Shown here: positions 22,579-32,711 of the stretch, in pieces
Layout: each line of letters starts with the position of its first letter
Numbering within the stretch: the stretch's first letter is position 1
Origin: Wenzhouxiangella sp.
GTDB taxonomy: Bacteria; Pseudomonadota; Gammaproteobacteria; Xanthomonadales; Wenzhouxiangellaceae
DNA length: 64,000 nucleotides
NCBI GenBank assembly: GCA_041747995.1
Contig: JBGTEC010000038.1
Span: forward strand, 16,327 to 80,326
Reading direction: 5' to 3'
Notes under the pieces: model-generated
Told to the model about the DNA's origin: nothing
The model's input: the letters and a program-made list of their open reading frames with translations, nothing else
Databases searched by the model: none
Made by a program: the position numbers and the translations under genes

Positions 22579-22710
22579 ACCACTGAGGCCCAGAGAGCAC
22601 AGAGGGCATAAATTACAAAAATAATTCAATTTTCTTTTCTCTGTGACCTCTGTGCCTCTGTGGTGAACTTTTCTTATTTGCGACAGCGGGTTCAGGGAGG
22701 GGAGAGTGGG
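22579..22710. repeat. REP-like hairpin element (CACAGAG family) with AT-rich loop and conserved tail
   Basis: Arms 22579-22604 and 22639-22667 are inverted; tail ACAGCGGGTTC at 22683-22693; homologous copies at 18426-18480 and 52189-52283. Confidence 0.85.
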
Positions 22711-22712
22711 AA

Positions 22713-23309
22713 TCAGGTGTTGATTTGGGCGAGTTGGTGGAGGATGGCGGCGGTGGCGCCCCAGATTGGGCGGGTGCCGTATTTCATAGACCAGACCTCG
22801 AAAGTGAATCCGTTGCGGGTGATCTCGTGACGGCGGTAGCTGGATGGGTCCAAAGCTTGGTCCAGCGGCAGCAGGAAGACTTCGCTGACTTCTGAGGGAC
22901 AGGCACTGAGGGTCACCGGCTGAGCGATTCGGCCGACGACTGGCGTGATGCGGTAGGCCGTGATGGTGTCGAACCGATCGAGAAATCCGAGTAACTCCAC
23001 CCCGTCGGGATTGATCCCGACTTCTTCGCTCGCCTCACGCAGGGCGGTCTGGACCGGAAACCCTTCGGAGCCTGACTTTCCGCCACCGGGCAAGGCCACC
23101 TGACCGGCGTGCTTGATCATGGCCTTGCTGCGAACCGTCAGAATCAGCGAAGGTTCTGGCTTCATCACGATTGCAACCAGAACGGCAGCGGGACGAGGAT
23201 GCCAGGCGCCCTCCTGTGGGCGAAAACCTCTTACTGGAAGCGTATCGGGGGAAACATCAAGGCCATGCAGCGAGACTGACAGGGCATCGACAGCATCAGT
23301 CATCGGCAA
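22713..23309 (-). CDS. nudL: Nudix hydrolase, CoA pyrophosphatase type
   Basis: AAVL..LILTVRS..HAGQVALPGG..ALREASEEVG, IWGATA. Confidence 0.85.
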   Translation of the reverse strand: MPMTDAVDALSVSLHGLDVSPDTLPVRGFRPQEGAWHPRPAAVLVAIVMKPEPSLILTVRSKAMIKHAGQVALPGGGKSGSEGFPVQTALREASEEVGINPDGVELLGFLDRFDTITAYRITPVVGRIAQPVTLSACPSEVSEVFLLPLDQALDPSSYRRHEITRNGFTFEVWSMKYGTRPIWGATAAILHQLAQINT

Positions 23310-23496
23310 ACAGGCTTTGCGCCCGTTCGGGCAATTCTTTCATGATTTTCCTGCGCTCGGCGGCGCTGAAGCCGAGCCAACCAGCGATCTCGCTCCCTGT
23401 GCGAAAGCAGCCGATACACAAGCGATCGGGACCCAAAGTGCAGGTCCCGATACAAGGTGATTCAATTTGAGGCAATGGTGCTGCAGCCTCGGCCAT
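23296..23496 (-). CDS. DUF1289 family Cys-rich protein
   Basis: IESPCIGTCTL..CIGCFRT..EIAGW. Confidence 0.85.
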   Translation of the reverse strand: MAEAAAPLPQIESPCIGTCTLGPDRLCIGCFRTGSEIAGWLGFSAAERRKIMKELPERAQSLFADD

Positions 23497-23497
23497 A

Positions 23498-24220
23498 TCA
23501 GCCGCCGGGCGCCTGTGCTCCGCCGTCGAAGCCTTCAGGCTCGCCAATCTGAACCAGGCGGATATCGAACTGCAGTGCCTCGTTGGGACCGATCATCGGC
23601 GGATCGCCACGAACACCAAAGGCCATTTCGGGCGGCAGAAAAACCTGCCACATGGCACCTTCGCGCATCAGAGGCAACACTTCCTGCCAACCTTCGATGA
23701 CGGAGTTGACCTGGAAAACGGCCGGCACGCCACGACGGAAGGAACTGTCGAACTCGCGGCCATCGATCTTGGAGCCCCGATAGTGCACGGTCACGACATC
23801 CGACAATCCTGGACGCGAACCATCACCTTCTTCGATGACCCGGTACTGGATACCGCTGGGCAAGGCCACGATGCCGCTCTTGCCGCGATTGTCAGTCAGA
23901 AAGCGATCGGCCTTCACCTGGTTCTGCTCGGCCAGATTCTGGAAAGCCTGCATGCGCTCCAGCCGGATCTTTTCCTGGAGCGCCGTCATCAACTGGCGCA
24001 TTTCCGCAACCTCGACCTGAGGCTCGCGCTCTCCATAGGCATCCCTGATAGCCTGAAATACCGATTCCAGATCGATGTCGATCTCGTAATTATTCAGCTC
24101 GGCGCCAAATTCATAACCAATCGAATAACCGAGCTTGCCGGCCTCCGAATCCAGGTTCTGGGCGTGAACCGACGTGATCATGACCATGGCTGCTGCCACA
24201 GATAGAACTACCTTATGCAT
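23498..24220 (-). CDS. FKBP-type peptidyl-prolyl isomerase (FkpA/Mip-like)
   Basis: Signal peptide after a GGAGG RBS; FKBP_N helices; VHYRG..FDSS..VIEGWQE..PPEMAFG. Confidence 0.92.
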   Translation of the reverse strand: MHKVVLSVAAAMVMITSVHAQNLDSEAGKLGYSIGYEFGAELNNYEIDIDLESVFQAIRDAYGEREPQVEVAEMRQLMTALQEKIRLERMQAFQNLAEQNQVKADRFLTDNRGKSGIVALPSGIQYRVIEEGDGSRPGLSDVVTVHYRGSKIDGREFDSSFRRGVPAVFQVNSVIEGWQEVLPLMREGAMWQVFLPPEMAFGVRGDPPMIGPNEALQFDIRLVQIGEPEGFDGGAQAPGG

Positions 24221-24447
24221 GCTGCCTCCATTGAAGGGGAGAGTTGTTGACAAAGTCGGCCATCTTACCTGACTCGTGCGCTGCTGACCATGCATCCGAT
24301 CAATTTAACCGCCGGAACTATTGTACTGACTGGCTTGCGTGACATGAGCAACTGCATCTGATGGACCTGCAATTCTGCGGCGGGTTCCCTTTCCGGCGAC
24401 ACCACACTCGTCGAGGCACTCGAGAGAGACTTTCTGCTGAGCCTGGC

Positions 24448-24552
24448 TTGGTTAAATTATGTATAAGATGGTTTTTTTTACCAACCAACAACCAGCAGCA
24501 AGATATAAACCATTGTTTCTAAACCTTTTCCATTTTTGGCATGCAGCTTGCA
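24448..24552 (+). promoter_or_regulatory. Sigma54 promoter of pspA with IHF-like site and probable PspF UAS
   Basis: TGGCATGCAGCTTGCA at 24537-24552 (GG/GC at -24/-12 spacing). IHF consensus with one mismatch at 24506-24518 (minus strand). TGGT-N7-ACCA dyad at 24469-24483. Confidence 0.8.
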
Positions 24553-24601
24553 TTATAGACGCTGAAAAGGTCCAAACCCTAACCACAGGAGCATAGAAGA
24601 C

Positions 24602-25264
24602 ATGGGTATTTTTTCGCGTATGGGCGACATTATCAACGCCAACCTGAATGCAGCGCTGGAAAAGGCTGAAGATCCCGAGAAGATGATCAGGCTGATGATC
24701 CAGGAGATGGAGGACACCCTGGTCGAGGTCCGATCCGCCACGGCCAAGTGCATTGCTGAAAAGAAGGAACGCACACGCCTGCTGAAACGACTGGAAGAGC
24801 AGCAACTCGACTGGAGCCGCAAGGCCGAACTTGCGCTTGAAAAGGACCGCGAAGACCTGGCCCGCGCCGCGCTGGCCGAGAAGACCGCGCTTGGTGACCG
24901 CATTGGTTACCTGAAAGACGAACTCAGCCAGTACGAAGATCAGCTCGGCAAGTACGACAGTGACATCGGCAAGCTGCAAGCCAAGCTGACCGATGCCCGT
25001 AACCGCCAGCGAGCGCTGGTCATGCGCCATCGTTCCGCCAGCCACCAGCTCAAGACCCGCCAGCATCTGTACAACGACAAGATCGACGAGATGCTGAATC
25101 GCTTCGACAGCGCCGAGCAGCGCATCGAACATATCGAGTCCGAAGCCGAAGCCCTGGACATGGGCCGCAAGGGACAGGGTCTGGAGGCCGAGTTCCGGAA
25201 CCTGGAACGGGATGAGCGTGTTGAAGCCGAATTGGCCGAGATGAAATCACGCAAGGGTCAGTGA
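24602..25264 (+). CDS. pspA: Phage shock protein A
   Basis: MGIFSRMGDIINANLNA.LEKAEDPEKMIRLMIQEMEDTLVEVRS. Confidence 0.97.
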   Translation: MGIFSRMGDIINANLNAALEKAEDPEKMIRLMIQEMEDTLVEVRSATAKCIAEKKERTRLLKRLEEQQLDWSRKAELALEKDREDLARAALAEKTALGDRIGYLKDELSQYEDQLGKYDSDIGKLQAKLTDARNRQRALVMRHRSASHQLKTRQHLYNDKIDEMLNRFDSAEQRIEHIESEAEALDMGRKGQGLEAEFRNLERDERVEAELAEMKSRKGQ

Positions 25265-25265
25265 C

Positions 25266-25535
25266 ATGGATCCATTCACCTTCACACTCATGAACACCAT
25301 GGGAGGCGCTATGGGCATGATGTTCGCACTACTGGTGGTCTTTCTGGTCATCGTGGCGCCGATCTGGCTGATCCTGCACTACGCGACCCGCAACTCGGCC
25401 AGCCGAAAGATCAGCGGCAAGGATGAGGCGCTGCTGGAGGACCTGCACGAGAGCGCTCGACGAATGGAAGACCGCATCCACACTCTGGAACGCATCCTGG
25501 ATGCCGACAACCCGCACTGGAGGAACCGGACATGA
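25266..25535 (+). CDS. pspB: Phage shock protein B
   Basis: VAPIWLILHY..RMEDRIHTLERILDADNPHWR. Confidence 0.93.
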   Translation: MDPFTFTLMNTMGGAMGMMFALLVVFLVIVAPIWLILHYATRNSASRKISGKDEALLEDLHESARRMEDRIHTLERILDADNPHWRNRT

Positions 25536-25921
25536 CGACGACTGAACACGACAATGCCAGCCGCAATCGCCTATACCGCAACAAGGACCGTGGTCTGCTC
25601 GGCGGCGTCTGTGCCGGGATCGCCGACTGGCTGGGCTTCAATCTCACCGCACTGCGGGTGATTGTCGTTCTGCTGGCTTTCCCGTTCACCGCTGTCATGA
25701 TCATCGGCTACATCGCACTGTGGATACTGATTCCGAAACGGCCCCGCAACCTGTACAAGGACGCCGATGAAGAACAGTTCTGGCAGGGGGTCCGTCGCTC
25801 ACCGAGCGACAGCGTCATCGGCCTGAACCGGCGCTTTCGCGATCTCGATTCGCGGCTGCAGCGGATGGAGACCTGGCTGACCTCGAGTGAGTACCGGATC
25901 GATCGCGAGCTACGCGATTGA
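25532..25921 (+). CDS. pspC: Phage shock protein C
   Basis: LYRNKDRGLLGGVCAGIADW..RLQRMETWLTS. Confidence 0.93.
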   Translation: MTTTEHDNASRNRLYRNKDRGLLGGVCAGIADWLGFNLTALRVIVVLLAFPFTAVMIIGYIALWILIPKRPRNLYKDADEEQFWQGVRRSPSDSVIGLNRRFRDLDSRLQRMETWLTSSEYRIDRELRD

Positions 25922-25950
25922 ATCTGGGCAAGCGAGTAAGGAGAGCTGCC

Positions 25951-26196
25951 ATGCCGATCATCATCACCTTGCTCATGGCCATTATCCTGATTCCGGCCGG
26001 CGTGGCCGGAATCAGCGTGGGGACCAGTGAACTGCTGGGTGCTGGCGGGGAATTGGTGACACGGGTTGACCAGGCGCTGAACGGGCTTGCGCCCTTGTTG
26101 CCGTACGCCCAACCCGTGCTTTTCCTGGTCGGAGGCTTTGGATTGGTGATGCTGGCGACAGCGCTGATCCTACGTGGGCTACAATCCCGGGTCTGA
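25951..26196 (+). CDS. Small two-TM hypothetical protein at the end of the psp operon
   Basis: AAGGAG RBS; two hydrophobic helices. Confidence 0.6.
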   Translation: MPIIITLLMAIILIPAGVAGISVGTSELLGAGGELVTRVDQALNGLAPLLPYAQPVLFLVGGFGLVMLATALILRGLQSRV

Positions 26197-26215
26197 TTTA
26201 CACCGGTACCTCAAA

Positions 26216-26998
26216 ATGTCATTTGAAAACCTGTCAGTTGTCACCCGGGGCGGTGTTCACACCATAACGGTCAAGCGTCCTTCCAGGCTCAATGCGCTCA
26301 ACCGACAGACTCTGCAGGAGCTGTATGGGGCGATCATCGATGCCAGCGGCGACGACAAGGTCCGCGTGATCGTCCTGACCGGCGCTGGCGACAAGGCTTT
26401 TGTTGCCGGGGCCGACATCACCGAAATTCAGGAGCAGAGTCCTCTGGAGGCGAGAAGTTTCTCGCAGTTTGGCCAGAACCTGATGACCATGATCCAGAGC
26501 CTGGACAAACCGGTGATCGCCGCCATCAATGGTTTTGCGCTGGGCGGCGGTCTGGAACTGGCCCTGGCCTGCCACCTGCGCGTGGCCACCTCCAATGCCC
26601 GACTCGGGCTGCCCGAAATCAAACTCGGCATCATGCCTGGCTTCGGCGGCACCCAGCGGCTGGTCAGGCTGGTGGGCACAACACGCGCGCTGGAAATGAC
26701 TCTCGGCGGTGAGCCCATCAGCGCCGATCGGGCCTATGAGCTGGGTCTGGTCAACCGGGTGGTGGCGCCGGATGAGCTCGAACAGGCAGTCAAGGACCTG
26801 GCCACACCGCTGGTCATGGCGGCGCCGGAAGCGGTACGCGGGATTTTGCAGGCAACCCTGCAAGGCGCTGAAATCAATCTTGAAGCCGGCCTTGCGCTGG
26901 AAACCGCGCGATTTGCCCTGTGCTGCGCAACCCAGGATATGCAGGAAGGCACCAGCGCCTTTCTCGAAAAACGAACCCCGGAATTTACCGGACAGTAA
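26216..26998 (+). CDS. Enoyl-CoA hydratase (crotonase)
   Basis: AFVAGADI, GFALGGGLELA, PEIKLGIMPGFGGTQRL. Confidence 0.93.
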   Translation: MSFENLSVVTRGGVHTITVKRPSRLNALNRQTLQELYGAIIDASGDDKVRVIVLTGAGDKAFVAGADITEIQEQSPLEARSFSQFGQNLMTMIQSLDKPVIAAINGFALGGGLELALACHLRVATSNARLGLPEIKLGIMPGFGGTQRLVRLVGTTRALEMTLGGEPISADRAYELGLVNRVVAPDELEQAVKDLATPLVMAAPEAVRGILQATLQGAEINLEAGLALETARFALCCATQDMQEGTSAFLEKRTPEFTGQ

Positions 26999-27001
26999 AC
27001 A

Positions 27002-27919
27002 TCATTCGTCGCCCGGGTAGGTCAATTCTCCCGCTTCGGCCCTGACATCAAGGCGGTTTTCCGGCGGTGGCAGCGGGCAGGTGGAGTACTCGGTAAAGGC
27101 ACATGGCGGACTGTAGGCCCGGTTGAAGTCCAGGATGACCCGCCCGTCCTGTGGCAGGTCGCTGTACAGGAAACGGCCCAGGCCGTAGGTTTCGCGACCG
27201 GTGGTGCGATCGGCAAGGATAAAAAACAGCTGATCGTCGCTATCGACGGCTTCCAGCCCGAACGTTCGACCCTCGAATTCGAACTCTGCCGCACCCGGGT
27301 TGGGTTCGTTGATCAACTCGCCGAGCACGTTGGCAATCACCAGGGTCCGTCCTTCGGGATGCGGTGTCCAGCGGGCCTCGACCCGCCAATCCGGATCGAA
27401 AGGAAAGTAGTCCAGGCCGCCAAAATTGACACGCGTGGGTGCCTGGCTGTCGCGAACCCGCAATACCGGCTGGCCGCCACGATCCAGCAACTGCAGTTGC
27501 ACGGTACCGGCCTCGACGAGGGTTGGCCCACTGGGCCCGTCAGCGCGTAGTTCTACCGACTCGATCCGACGACCATCTACAAGGATATCGGCATCCGGAT
27601 TCGCATCGAACCAGGCACGACTCCCCACGACCGTCATCGCGCCCCAGTAGTCGGGTCCGGAGGTAACGACCAAGTCATTGTCCGGAGCTGTGCCGACTCG
27701 CCATTCGCCATCAGTGAGAAATTCCAGGCCCACGAGGCTGAGCCAGCCAAAGGGCTCGGTCAGGCGTGCATGACGTTGCTCCCGCCACTCCAATGCACCC
27801 CGTTCGTACTCAGCCATGCCGGTAGTTTTGCGCTCGGCCAGCGTGCCGCAGCCGGCCAGGGCAAGCACGACCAGCGCCAGCACACCGAGCTGAGCCTGGC
27901 GCCCGTCAAACCCGCCCAT
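27002..27919 (-). CDS. DUF1684 family lipoprotein
   Basis: Lipobox LAGC; GWLSLVGL; D.TTG.ETYG.GRFL; LDFNRAYSPPCAF..CPLPPPENRL; GGAGG RBS before 27919. Confidence 0.88.
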   Translation of the reverse strand: MGGFDGRQAQLGVLALVVLALAGCGTLAERKTTGMAEYERGALEWREQRHARLTEPFGWLSLVGLEFLTDGEWRVGTAPDNDLVVTSGPDYWGAMTVVGSRAWFDANPDADILVDGRRIESVELRADGPSGPTLVEAGTVQLQLLDRGGQPVLRVRDSQAPTRVNFGGLDYFPFDPDWRVEARWTPHPEGRTLVIANVLGELINEPNPGAAEFEFEGRTFGLEAVDSDDQLFFILADRTTGRETYGLGRFLYSDLPQDGRVILDFNRAYSPPCAFTEYSTCPLPPPENRLDVRAEAGELTYPGDE

Positions 27920-29321
27920 AGATGTCCTCCAGTCGTTCAATATCGTCCTCTCCGAAATAGGTCCCGGTCTGGACTTCGATGATATGTACATTGTCCTTGC
28001 CATGATTCTCCAGTCGGTGCAGGCTACCGGCTGCAATCTCGACCGTCTGGTTCGCTCCCAGTTCAAATTCGTCGTCGCCGACCCGAACTGTGGCAGTGCC
28101 GGAAACGACGGTCCAGTGCTCGCTGCGATGCTCATGGCGCTGCAGCGAGAGAACACCGCCTGGTCGAACCACCAGGCGCTTGACCTTGCAGTCCTCGGCG
28201 TCCTCGAGCACGGTATAACTGCCCCAGGGGCGATGGACGGTGCGATGATAAACCGCTGACTCGTGGTCCTGACGGGTGAGTTCCTCGACCACCGCCTTGA
28301 CCTCCTGAGCCCGGTCGCGGTTGGCAACCAGAACCGCGTCACCGGTATCAATGATCAACAGGTTGTCGACACCGACAGCGGCAATCAGCCGCTTACCACC
28401 CTGGATGAAAGTGTTGCGGGCGTCGACCAGAACACCTTCGCCCTGCACACGATTGCCAAGCGCGTCGGTCTCGTAAAGGTCGCTGATCGCCTGCCAGGAA
28501 CCGATATCGCTCCAGCCACAAGCGACCGGGACGACGGCCCGACGTTGCGCCCGTTCCATCACGGCAAAATCGATGGACTCGGACCGAACGTGGGAAAAGG
28601 TTTCCGGGTCCAGTTCGATCGGCTCGTCGTTGGTTTCAGAAACCTGCCAGGTGTCCTTCACCGCTGCCAGGATGTCTGGAGCGAATTCCTCCAGGGCGGC
28701 GAGAATACTCGCCACCTTGAAGCAGAACATGCCGCCGTTCCAGAGGAACTGGCCCGATTCGTAATAACGCTGAGCGGTTGCCTGGTCGGGTTTCTCGACA
28801 AAGGCATCGATCACCTGCCCGCGCTGGCCCAGTGTCTTGCCAGCACGAATGTAACCGAAGCCAGTTTCGGCATGCGTGGGCTGAACACCCAGGCAGGTCA
28901 ACCAGCCGTCCGCGGCCAGCTCGGCCGCCTCGGCCACCGCCTGATCGAAAGCCTTGCGGTCGCGGACCAGGTGATCGGCCGGCAAGACCAGCAGGCAGGT
29001 TTCATCACCATAGTGACGCTGGGCCCAGAGCGCGGCGGCGGCAATCGCCGGGGCGGTATTGCGGCCAATCGGCTCGAGCAGAAAATGGTGCTGTCCGCCC
29101 ACGCCGCTTTGGGTGTAGAGATCGCGGGTCAGAAAGTAATAATCACGACCGGTAACAGTCAGGGTGACGGCTGAGCTGGCAACGCCTGCGGCTCGCTCGA
29201 TGGTGCTTTCGGCAAGAGTCTTGCCGTCAGCCAGGCGCATGAAGGGCTTCGGATGGGCCTTGCGTGAAACGGGCCACAAGCGGGTCCCTGCGCCGCCCGA
29301 CAAAATGACGGGTATCAGCAT
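27906..29321 (-). CDS. manC: Mannose-1-phosphate guanylyltransferase / mannose-6-phosphate isomerase
   Basis: VILSGGAGTRLWPVSR, EPIGRNTAPA, C-terminal cupin RPWGSY..SLQRH.HRSEHW. Confidence 0.95.
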   Translation of the reverse strand: MLIPVILSGGAGTRLWPVSRKAHPKPFMRLADGKTLAESTIERAAGVASSAVTLTVTGRDYYFLTRDLYTQSGVGGQHHFLLEPIGRNTAPAIAAAALWAQRHYGDETCLLVLPADHLVRDRKAFDQAVAEAAELAADGWLTCLGVQPTHAETGFGYIRAGKTLGQRGQVIDAFVEKPDQATAQRYYESGQFLWNGGMFCFKVASILAALEEFAPDILAAVKDTWQVSETNDEPIELDPETFSHVRSESIDFAVMERAQRRAVVPVACGWSDIGSWQAISDLYETDALGNRVQGEGVLVDARNTFIQGGKRLIAAVGVDNLLIIDTGDAVLVANRDRAQEVKAVVEELTRQDHESAVYHRTVHRPWGSYTVLEDAEDCKVKRLVVRPGGVLSLQRHEHRSEHWTVVSGTATVRVGDDEFELGANQTVEIAAGSLHRLENHGKDNVHIIEVQTGTYFGEDDIERLEDIYGRV

Positions 29322-30211
29322 GGGACCTGGCTCCATTGCTCGATACACGCGGCAAGGGCCGATTTCACATCCATCATCTGTTCACCTGTCCAGGATTCAT
29401 AACGTTGACAGTCCAGCACCGACCAGGCCGGTCGCCTGGCCTGTTGCGGCCATTGGTCGGAGCCAATCGGCTCGACCGGGACCACTGCGGCGATCAGCTT
29501 GCTTTCAGCTGCCATCTTAACTGCAAAATCGGCCAGCTCATGCCAACTGGCGGCGCCCCGTCCGGCGACATGAACCAGTTCGGGGCCCCTGAGGTGACCG
29601 AGCCGCTGCTCCAGCAAGACCCAGGTCGCACGAGCCAGATCTCCGGCCCAGGTGGGCGAGCCAATCTGGTCGGCCACCACCTTCAGGGGCGCGCCAGCGG
29701 CGGCTTTCCTGACAATGGCGCTCACAAAATTGCCCGCGCAGGCGCTGTAGACCCAGGCTGTTCGCACAATTAGCGCCCGGGCAGATCCGGCCTGAATTGC
29801 CTTCTCGCCAGCCAGCTTCGTACGGCCATAAACGCTTTCAGGCGCCACCGGGTCCATCTCGCGCCAGGCCCGTCCCGGCATCCCGCTGAACACATAATCC
29901 GTCGAATAGCTTACCAGGGCTGCATCGTGGCAACCACACCACCGGGCAAGCTCGGACGGCACCTCGCCATTCAGACGCATGGCGGCTTGCGGGTGATCCT
30001 CTGCCGCATCAACCGCCGTCCAGGCTGCCGCGTTGATGATGGCAGCGGGCCGGACATCCTCCAGCAATTTGGCCAGCTCGGTTGGGTCGGCCAAGTCGCA
30101 GGGCGCATCGCCACCGGCCCGGGCGCTGGTTACAAGCTCGATGTCGTCCGGTACGCAGGCGCGCAAGTGACGCCCCAGCTGGCCTTCGGCCCCGGTCAGC
30201 AGGACCTTCAT
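29315..30211 (-). CDS. rfbD: dTDP-4-dehydrorhamnose reductase
   Basis: TGAEGQLG, AAWTAVD.AE, STDYVF, YGRTK. Confidence 0.95.
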   Translation of the reverse strand: MKVLLTGAEGQLGRHLRACVPDDIELVTSARAGGDAPCDLADPTELAKLLEDVRPAAIINAAAWTAVDAAEDHPQAAMRLNGEVPSELARWCGCHDAALVSYSTDYVFSGMPGRAWREMDPVAPESVYGRTKLAGEKAIQAGSARALIVRTAWVYSACAGNFVSAIVRKAAAGAPLKVVADQIGSPTWAGDLARATWVLLEQRLGHLRGPELVHVAGRGAASWHELADFAVKMAAESKLIAAVVPVEPIGSDQWPQQARRPAWSVLDCQRYESWTGEQMMDVKSALAACIEQWSQVPC

Positions 30212-30756
30212 CGTGGCAGTCTGGCTGGCGGCACCGACGACAGCCTTGGTGCTTTGGCGTCCTTGCCTGAAAGTTCTGGTGTAGCCGTCGACCAGTCAAT
30301 GCCGATATCCGGGTCATTCCAGGCAATGGCGGCATCAAATTCGACCCGATATGGGCGGGTGCACAGGTAGTGGAAGGTTGCCTTCTCGCTCAATACCAGG
30401 AAACCATGGGCAAAGCCTTCCGGGATCCAGAGCTGGTGATGCGCGGTCGCATCCAGCTCACATGCGAGCCACTGCCTGAAATGCGGCGAGTGGGGACGAA
30501 TGTCCACTGCCACGTCAAGCACCCGACCACTGGACACCCAGACCAGCTTGCCCTGGGGCTCAGGCCACTGGTAGTGAAGGCCCCGCAGGACGCCGCGGGC
30601 CGATTGCGAGCTGTTGGCCTGGACAAAATCAGGGCCGATACCGTGTTCGCTGTAGCGCTTATTGCGCCAGGTTTCCAGAAACCAGCCGCGCTCGTCGCCG
30701 AAGACGGCTGGCTCGACGCGCAGTACACCGGGCAGACTGGTTTCCAGCACTTTCAC
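30208..30756 (-). CDS. rfbC: dTDP-4-dehydrorhamnose 3,5-epimerase
   Basis: [27 protein letters not shown]. Confidence 0.95.
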   Translation of the reverse strand: MKVLETSLPGVLRVEPAVFGDERGWFLETWRNKRYSEHGIGPDFVQANSSQSARGVLRGLHYQWPEPQGKLVWVSSGRVLDVAVDIRPHSPHFRQWLACELDATAHHQLWIPEGFAHGFLVLSEKATFHYLCTRPYRVEFDAAIAWNDPDIGIDWSTATPELSGKDAKAPRLSSVPPARLPR

Positions 30757-31637
30757 AAGTTGCGTCCGGTCCTGACCACCATCCGCAGGTAATCGCCATA
30801 ACCGCTTGAGACGAGGGGCTCGGCGAGCTCAAGCAGTGTCTTTTCATCAATCCAGCCTTGCCGGAACGCAATTTCCTCCGGACAAGCCACGCGCAGGCCC
30901 TGGCGCGATTCCAGCGTTTCGATATAGCTGGAGGCCTGTTGCAGTGATGCATGGGTGCCGGTATCGAGCCAGGCATAACCACGCCCCATGCTCTCGACGG
31001 TCAGATCGCCCGCCTCGAGATAGAGCCGGTTCAGATCGGTGATCTCGAGTTCTCCGCGGGCCGACGGGCGCAGACTGGCGGCGAAATCGCAGGCGCGTTC
31101 GTCATAAAAGTACAAGCCGGTGACAGCATAATTCGATTTGGGATGGGTTGGCTTTTCCTCGAGGGACAGAACATTGCCGTCGCGATCCATTTCAACCACG
31201 CCATAGCGCTCAGGATCGGACACCCAATAACCGAACACTGTCGCCCCGTGCCCGCGCTCGACCGCCCGGGACAGGAGCTGTCGCATGCCGCCACCATGGA
31301 AAATGTTGTCGCCAAGAATCAGGCTGGAGTGACGACCGTTGACGAAATTGCGGCCGATGATGAAGGCATCGGCCAGCCCACGGGGCTCTTCCTGGATCGC
31401 GTAGGTGATCTCGATACCCCACTGACGACCGTCGTTTAGCAGCTTCTTGAACAACGATTGTTCATGCGGCGTGGTAATCAACATGATTTCACGGATACCC
31501 GCCTGCATCAGCGTGCTCAGCGGATAGTAGATCATCGGCTTGTCATAGACCGGCAACAACTGCTTGCTGATGACCTGGGTCAATGGATAAAGGCGGGTTC
31601 CGGCACCGCCGGCCAGAATAATGCCGCAACGGTTCAT
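30753..31637 (-). CDS. rfbA: Glucose-1-phosphate thymidylyltransferase
   Basis: [30 protein letters not shown]. Confidence 0.97.
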   Translation of the reverse strand: MNRCGIILAGGAGTRLYPLTQVISKQLLPVYDKPMIYYPLSTLMQAGIREIMLITTPHEQSLFKKLLNDGRQWGIEITYAIQEEPRGLADAFIIGRNFVNGRHSSLILGDNIFHGGGMRQLLSRAVERGHGATVFGYWVSDPERYGVVEMDRDGNVLSLEEKPTHPKSNYAVTGLYFYDERACDFAASLRPSARGELEITDLNRLYLEAGDLTVESMGRGYAWLDTGTHASLQQASSYIETLESRQGLRVACPEEIAFRQGWIDEKTLLELAEPLVSSGYGDYLRMVVRTGRNL

Positions 31638-32698
31638 GGCAGCGCCCTCGCGGACCGGCCCATACCGAGCCGCTCCGACCGGTAGCTTCCATCCCGGATT
31701 CTCTGCCACCAGTCCCGATTGGCAAGGTACCAGTCGACCGTGGCGGCCAGGCCGGCGGCGAAATCCACCTCGGGGCGCCATCCGAGTTCTTCCTGTATGC
31801 GCGTGGCATTGATTGCGTAACGGCGATCATGGCCAGGCCGGTCGGCGACAAACTCCAGCAACTCTCGTCGAGGCCGATCACCCGGCACGCGTTCATCCAG
31901 CAAATCACACAACAACCCGACAACCTCGAGGTTGCTCATCTCGGCGTCGCCACCGATGTTGTAGACCCGACCCGGGCGGCCCTTCGCCAAAACCCGCTCG
32001 ATGGCGCTGCAGTGGTCTCCCACGAACAGCCAGTCACGGCGCTGCTGGCCGTCACCGTAGACCGGCAGACGCTCGCCCTCGAGCGCGTTGATCAGCATCA
32101 GCGGGATCAATTTTTCCGGAAACTGGTAAGGGCCGTAATTGTTCGAGCAGTTGGTAATGATCACCGGCAGCCCATAGGTCCGGTGCCAGGCACGCGCGAG
32201 GTGGTCGGCGGCCGCTTTTGACGCCGCGTAAGGTGAGTTGGGCGCATAACGGTGATTTTCGCCAAATGGCGCCTCGGTCGGCCCCAGTGTCCCGTAGACC
32301 TCGTCGGTAGAGACGTGGATGAAGCGAAAATCCGGGTTGCCCTCATCGCGCCAGTAGTCCAGTGCGGCATCGAGCATGACCTGGGTGCCGTTGACGTTGG
32401 TCCGAATGAAGGCACCCGGATCATCAATTGACCGGTCAACATGGCTTTCGGCAGCAAAATGGACGATGGCGGAAGGTCGATGCCTGGCCAGCAGTGAACT
32501 GACCAGTTGGGAATCGACAATATCGCCGTGACTGAATGTGTAGCACTCGCCGTCAAGGCCGGCCAGGGATTCCTGGTTACCGGCGTAAGTCAACAGGTCG
32601 AGATTAACAATTTTGCAGCCTTCGACCGTCTCAAGCATGTGCCGGACAAAATTGCTGCCGATAAAACCGGCCCCGCCGGTAACAAGAATGGTAGACAT
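31634..32698 (-). CDS. rfbB: dTDP-glucose 4,6-dehydratase
   Basis: [34 protein letters not shown]. Start moved to 32698. Confidence 0.97.
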   Translation of the reverse strand: MSTILVTGGAGFIGSNFVRHMLETVEGCKIVNLDLLTYAGNQESLAGLDGECYTFSHGDIVDSQLVSSLLARHRPSAIVHFAAESHVDRSIDDPGAFIRTNVNGTQVMLDAALDYWRDEGNPDFRFIHVSTDEVYGTLGPTEAPFGENHRYAPNSPYAASKAAADHLARAWHRTYGLPVIITNCSNNYGPYQFPEKLIPLMLINALEGERLPVYGDGQQRRDWLFVGDHCSAIERVLAKGRPGRVYNIGGDAEMSNLEVVGLLCDLLDERVPGDRPRRELLEFVADRPGHDRRYAINATRIQEELGWRPEVDFAAGLAATVDWYLANRDWWQRIRDGSYRSERLGMGRSARALP

Positions 32699-32711
32699 GA
32701 GAGAGTATGGC

